Virus record (IMG/VR): IMGVR_UViG_3300032116_000135
Reading direction: 5' to 3' (one strand)
Length of the DNA: 20,000 nt
Origin: an uncultured virus (IMG/VR IMGVR_UViG_3300032116_000135)
Lineage: Duplodnaviria > Heunggongvirae > Uroviricota > Caudoviricetes
Shown: one piece after another, positions 18,282 through 20,000 of the stretch
Numbering within the stretch: the first letter of the stretch is position 1
How the letters are laid out: each line of letters starts with the position of its first letter
The notes under the pieces: model-generated
The model's database searches: none
Seen by the model: the letters and a program-made list of their open reading frames with translations, nothing else
Told to the model about the DNA's origin: nothing
Made by a program: the position numbers and the translations under genes

Positions 18282-20000
18282 TTATATATCCAATTTAATC
18301 AAAATCTGCTGAATACCCTGTCTTAAAACAGGAGATTGCATTTTCGATATAATCATAAGATTTTTGTCAGAATCGTAAAGACCAACCTCAGTTATGTAAC
18401 GATTGTTACTTGATAACCAAGTTGGGTTTGATGGAGTTTGGAATTCCGCTTGACTTAAATTAATCTTATATACCATTTCATAAATTGTTGCTTGAATATC
18501 AGTTTCAACATTACCATAAAAATAATATTCATCACCAAAGTTAAGTTGATGTCCTGTAAATCCTACAGTTGTTAAATCAATATAGTCACTTAAATCATAA
18601 ATGTCAGCATCATCATATAAATCCTGAGTGATTACAAATGTATTTGCGGTTAATGATTGTTGAGTGATAAATCCGTTAATCGTTGAACCACTCAATTGAT
18701 CTGTGAAATCAATTATCTTCCATTCATCTGATTGAGGTCTTCCCGTACCATCAACCTTTTGACAAATTATTTCAAATTTATTTGCAAAAAATCCTGGTAT
18801 TAAATCACAAACTGTTGGACATAATGTTGTCGTAGTTGTAACAGGAAATAAAGTTGTAGTGGTTGTCGTTATATTACAAGGATTAATTGTTGTAGTTGTT
18901 GTACATACTGATTCACACAAATCAATAGTAAAATCATCTCCTGATATTAAATTAATTACATCTGTTGTCACAATACCACTTATTGTAAGTACACAACCAG
19001 TGTAAGGTGATAAAGATAAATCGGTAGTTACTTCATTAATCACACCATAACAATCTACATATGTTAGTTCTGTACTTCCAGCACAAGGACCACAATTTTC
19101 AGTTAATGAAACACACTGACAACCAAGGGTAAATACATCCAAGAATGTTGTTGACGAAACTGATGTATATGATGGATTGGTTACAGTCCAGTTACCTAAT
19201 GGAGAGTCCTCGATGGTAAGTCCTGGTAATATCGCGATTTCGGTTGAACCTGAAGAAAATATCCAATTAGATCCATTATAAGAAATTAAAGAATTACCTG
19301 AACCAATAAAGTCAATATAAACTAATTCTCCTGAAATCAATGATGGATAAAATAATAAATTATTACATACTTCATCAAGACCTATCATCTCACAATATTC
19401 TAAAACGAATGGTTTGTATTGATCACAAGTTGAAAATCCTGTTATAGTATTTTCACCAATATCATATGAAAAATCACCAATAGGATTGTCTAACATACTA
19501 TCAAATGTTAATAGTAGTGGATCTGTTAAATCACTTGGAAGAATAACCCAATTTGTACCATTAAAATAAAAATTATATATAGTCTCCAAAAATGTAACAT
19601 AAATTGGTTGTCCATTTAAGAATTTAGTAGTGGGGTATAAATATAAACCAATATAACTTCCTGGTGTTTCAAATCCATTGTCTATCCATAAAATGATACC
19701 ATCATACCAACAAGGACAAGGATTAACTGTTGTTGTGGTTGTGGTAACATTGGATAACTGATTTAAACAAGGAAACTCAGAACCAAAACGAATTGCAACA
19801 TTCTGTGATGGTATTGGATTACAAGTGACATTTGGTCCTTGAATTCGTGAATAATAATTACAATGTAATGAATTGGTATAATCAAAAGTATTTGATAATC
19901 TGTAAGTTACATAAAGATACTCAGAAGAACCTGTCAATATACCTTCAATAGAATTGTTATCAACCCCACAAACATTTGGAGTAATCAATGTTACTTTTGG
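18282..20000 (-). CDS. Tail/baseplate-associated protein, 5'-truncated, with Thr-run-flanked inserted domains and a C-terminal tail-collar-like motif
   Basis: The frame stays open from the track's TTG at 19988 to the window end (PKVTLITPN...), so the real start is outside the window. C-terminal YITEVGLYDSDKNLMIISKM resembles the I.EVGL(F/Y)D..G.L.A..K motif of DUF3751/tail-collar fibre attachment domains. Four poly-Thr runs. Confidence 0.6.
   Translation of the reverse strand, partial: PKVTLITPNVCGVDNNSIEGILTGSSEYLYVTYRLSNTFDYTNSLHCNYYSRIQGPNVTCNPIPSQNVAIRFGSEFPCLNQLSNVTTTTTTVNPCPCWYDGIILWIDNGFETPGSYIGLYLYPTTKFLNGQPIYVTFLETIYNFYFNGTNWVILPSDLTDPLLLTFDSMLDNPIGDFSYDIGENTITGFSTCDQYKPFVLEYCEMIGLDEVCNNLLFYPSLISGELVYIDFIGSGNSLISYNGSNWIFSSGSTEIAILPGLTIEDSPLGNWTVTNPSYTSVSSTTFLDVFTLGCQCVSLTENCGPCAGSTELTYVDCYGVINEVTTDLSLSPYTGCVLTISGIVTTDVINLISGDDFTIDLCESVCTTTTTINPCNITTTTTTLFPVTTTTTLCPTVCDLIPGFFANKFEIICQKVDGTGRPQSDEWKIIDFTDQLSGSTINGFITQQSLTANTFVITQDLYDDADIYDLSDYIDLTTVGFTGHQLNFGDEYYFYGNVETDIQATIYEMVYKINLSQAEFQTPSNPTWLSSNNRYITEVGLYDSDKNLMIISKMQSPVLRQGIQQILIKLDI
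18876..19733 (-). repeat. Imperfect 18-bp direct repeats 840 bp apart encoding TT(V/I)NPC
   Basis: ACAAGGATTAATTGTTGT (18876-18893) versus ACAAGGATTAACTGTTGT (19716-19733): 17/18 identical, in-frame spacing of 280 codons, each adjoining a Thr-codon run. Confidence 0.7.

Noticed and set aside
19986..19988. TTG start proposed by the ORF track for the last gene
   Set aside because: The frame is open to the window edge, so the gene is truncated and does not start here.
1..20000. Stop-codon reassignment (all ten genes end in TAA)
   Set aside because: Genes are full length and tile the window under the standard code with no in-frame TAG or TGA. TAA preference is expected at this AT content. Recoding elsewhere in the genome cannot be excluded.

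Overview
AT-rich (about 30-33% GC by eye), gene-dense window that reads as the baseplate/tail structural module of a large contractile-tailed (jumbo-type) phage. The host is probably Bacteroidota, inferred from SprB, PKD and DUF285 domains and the absence of Shine-Dalgarno motifs. The + strand has the 3' end of a probable baseplate wedge gene followed by seven tightly coupled ORFs. These include an 1840-aa protein with a hydrophobic segment, a P2 gpI/T4 gp7-like wedge protein, and a 1239-aa adhesin-like protein (7 SprB-like repeats, a PKD-like domain, 12 DUF285/BspA-type 25-aa repeats). This operon converges at a bidirectional terminator on a minus-strand operon: a 5'-truncated tail-associated protein with Thr-run-flanked inserted domains, then a RuvC-like resolvase. 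The most notable signals are: (1) the 75-bp repeat array is a mosaic of shuffled variable cassettes on an invariant scaffold; (2) a ~60-aa domain introduced by NPCxC occurs in two different structural genes on opposite strands, in one case within an 840-bp segment bounded by direct repeats; (3) two adjacent proteins share a paralogous ~120-aa Cys-bounded domain; (4) a hairpin that would sequester a start codon has a TATTTAT candidate late promoter in its loop. All family calls come from motif recognition by eye; no searches were run.
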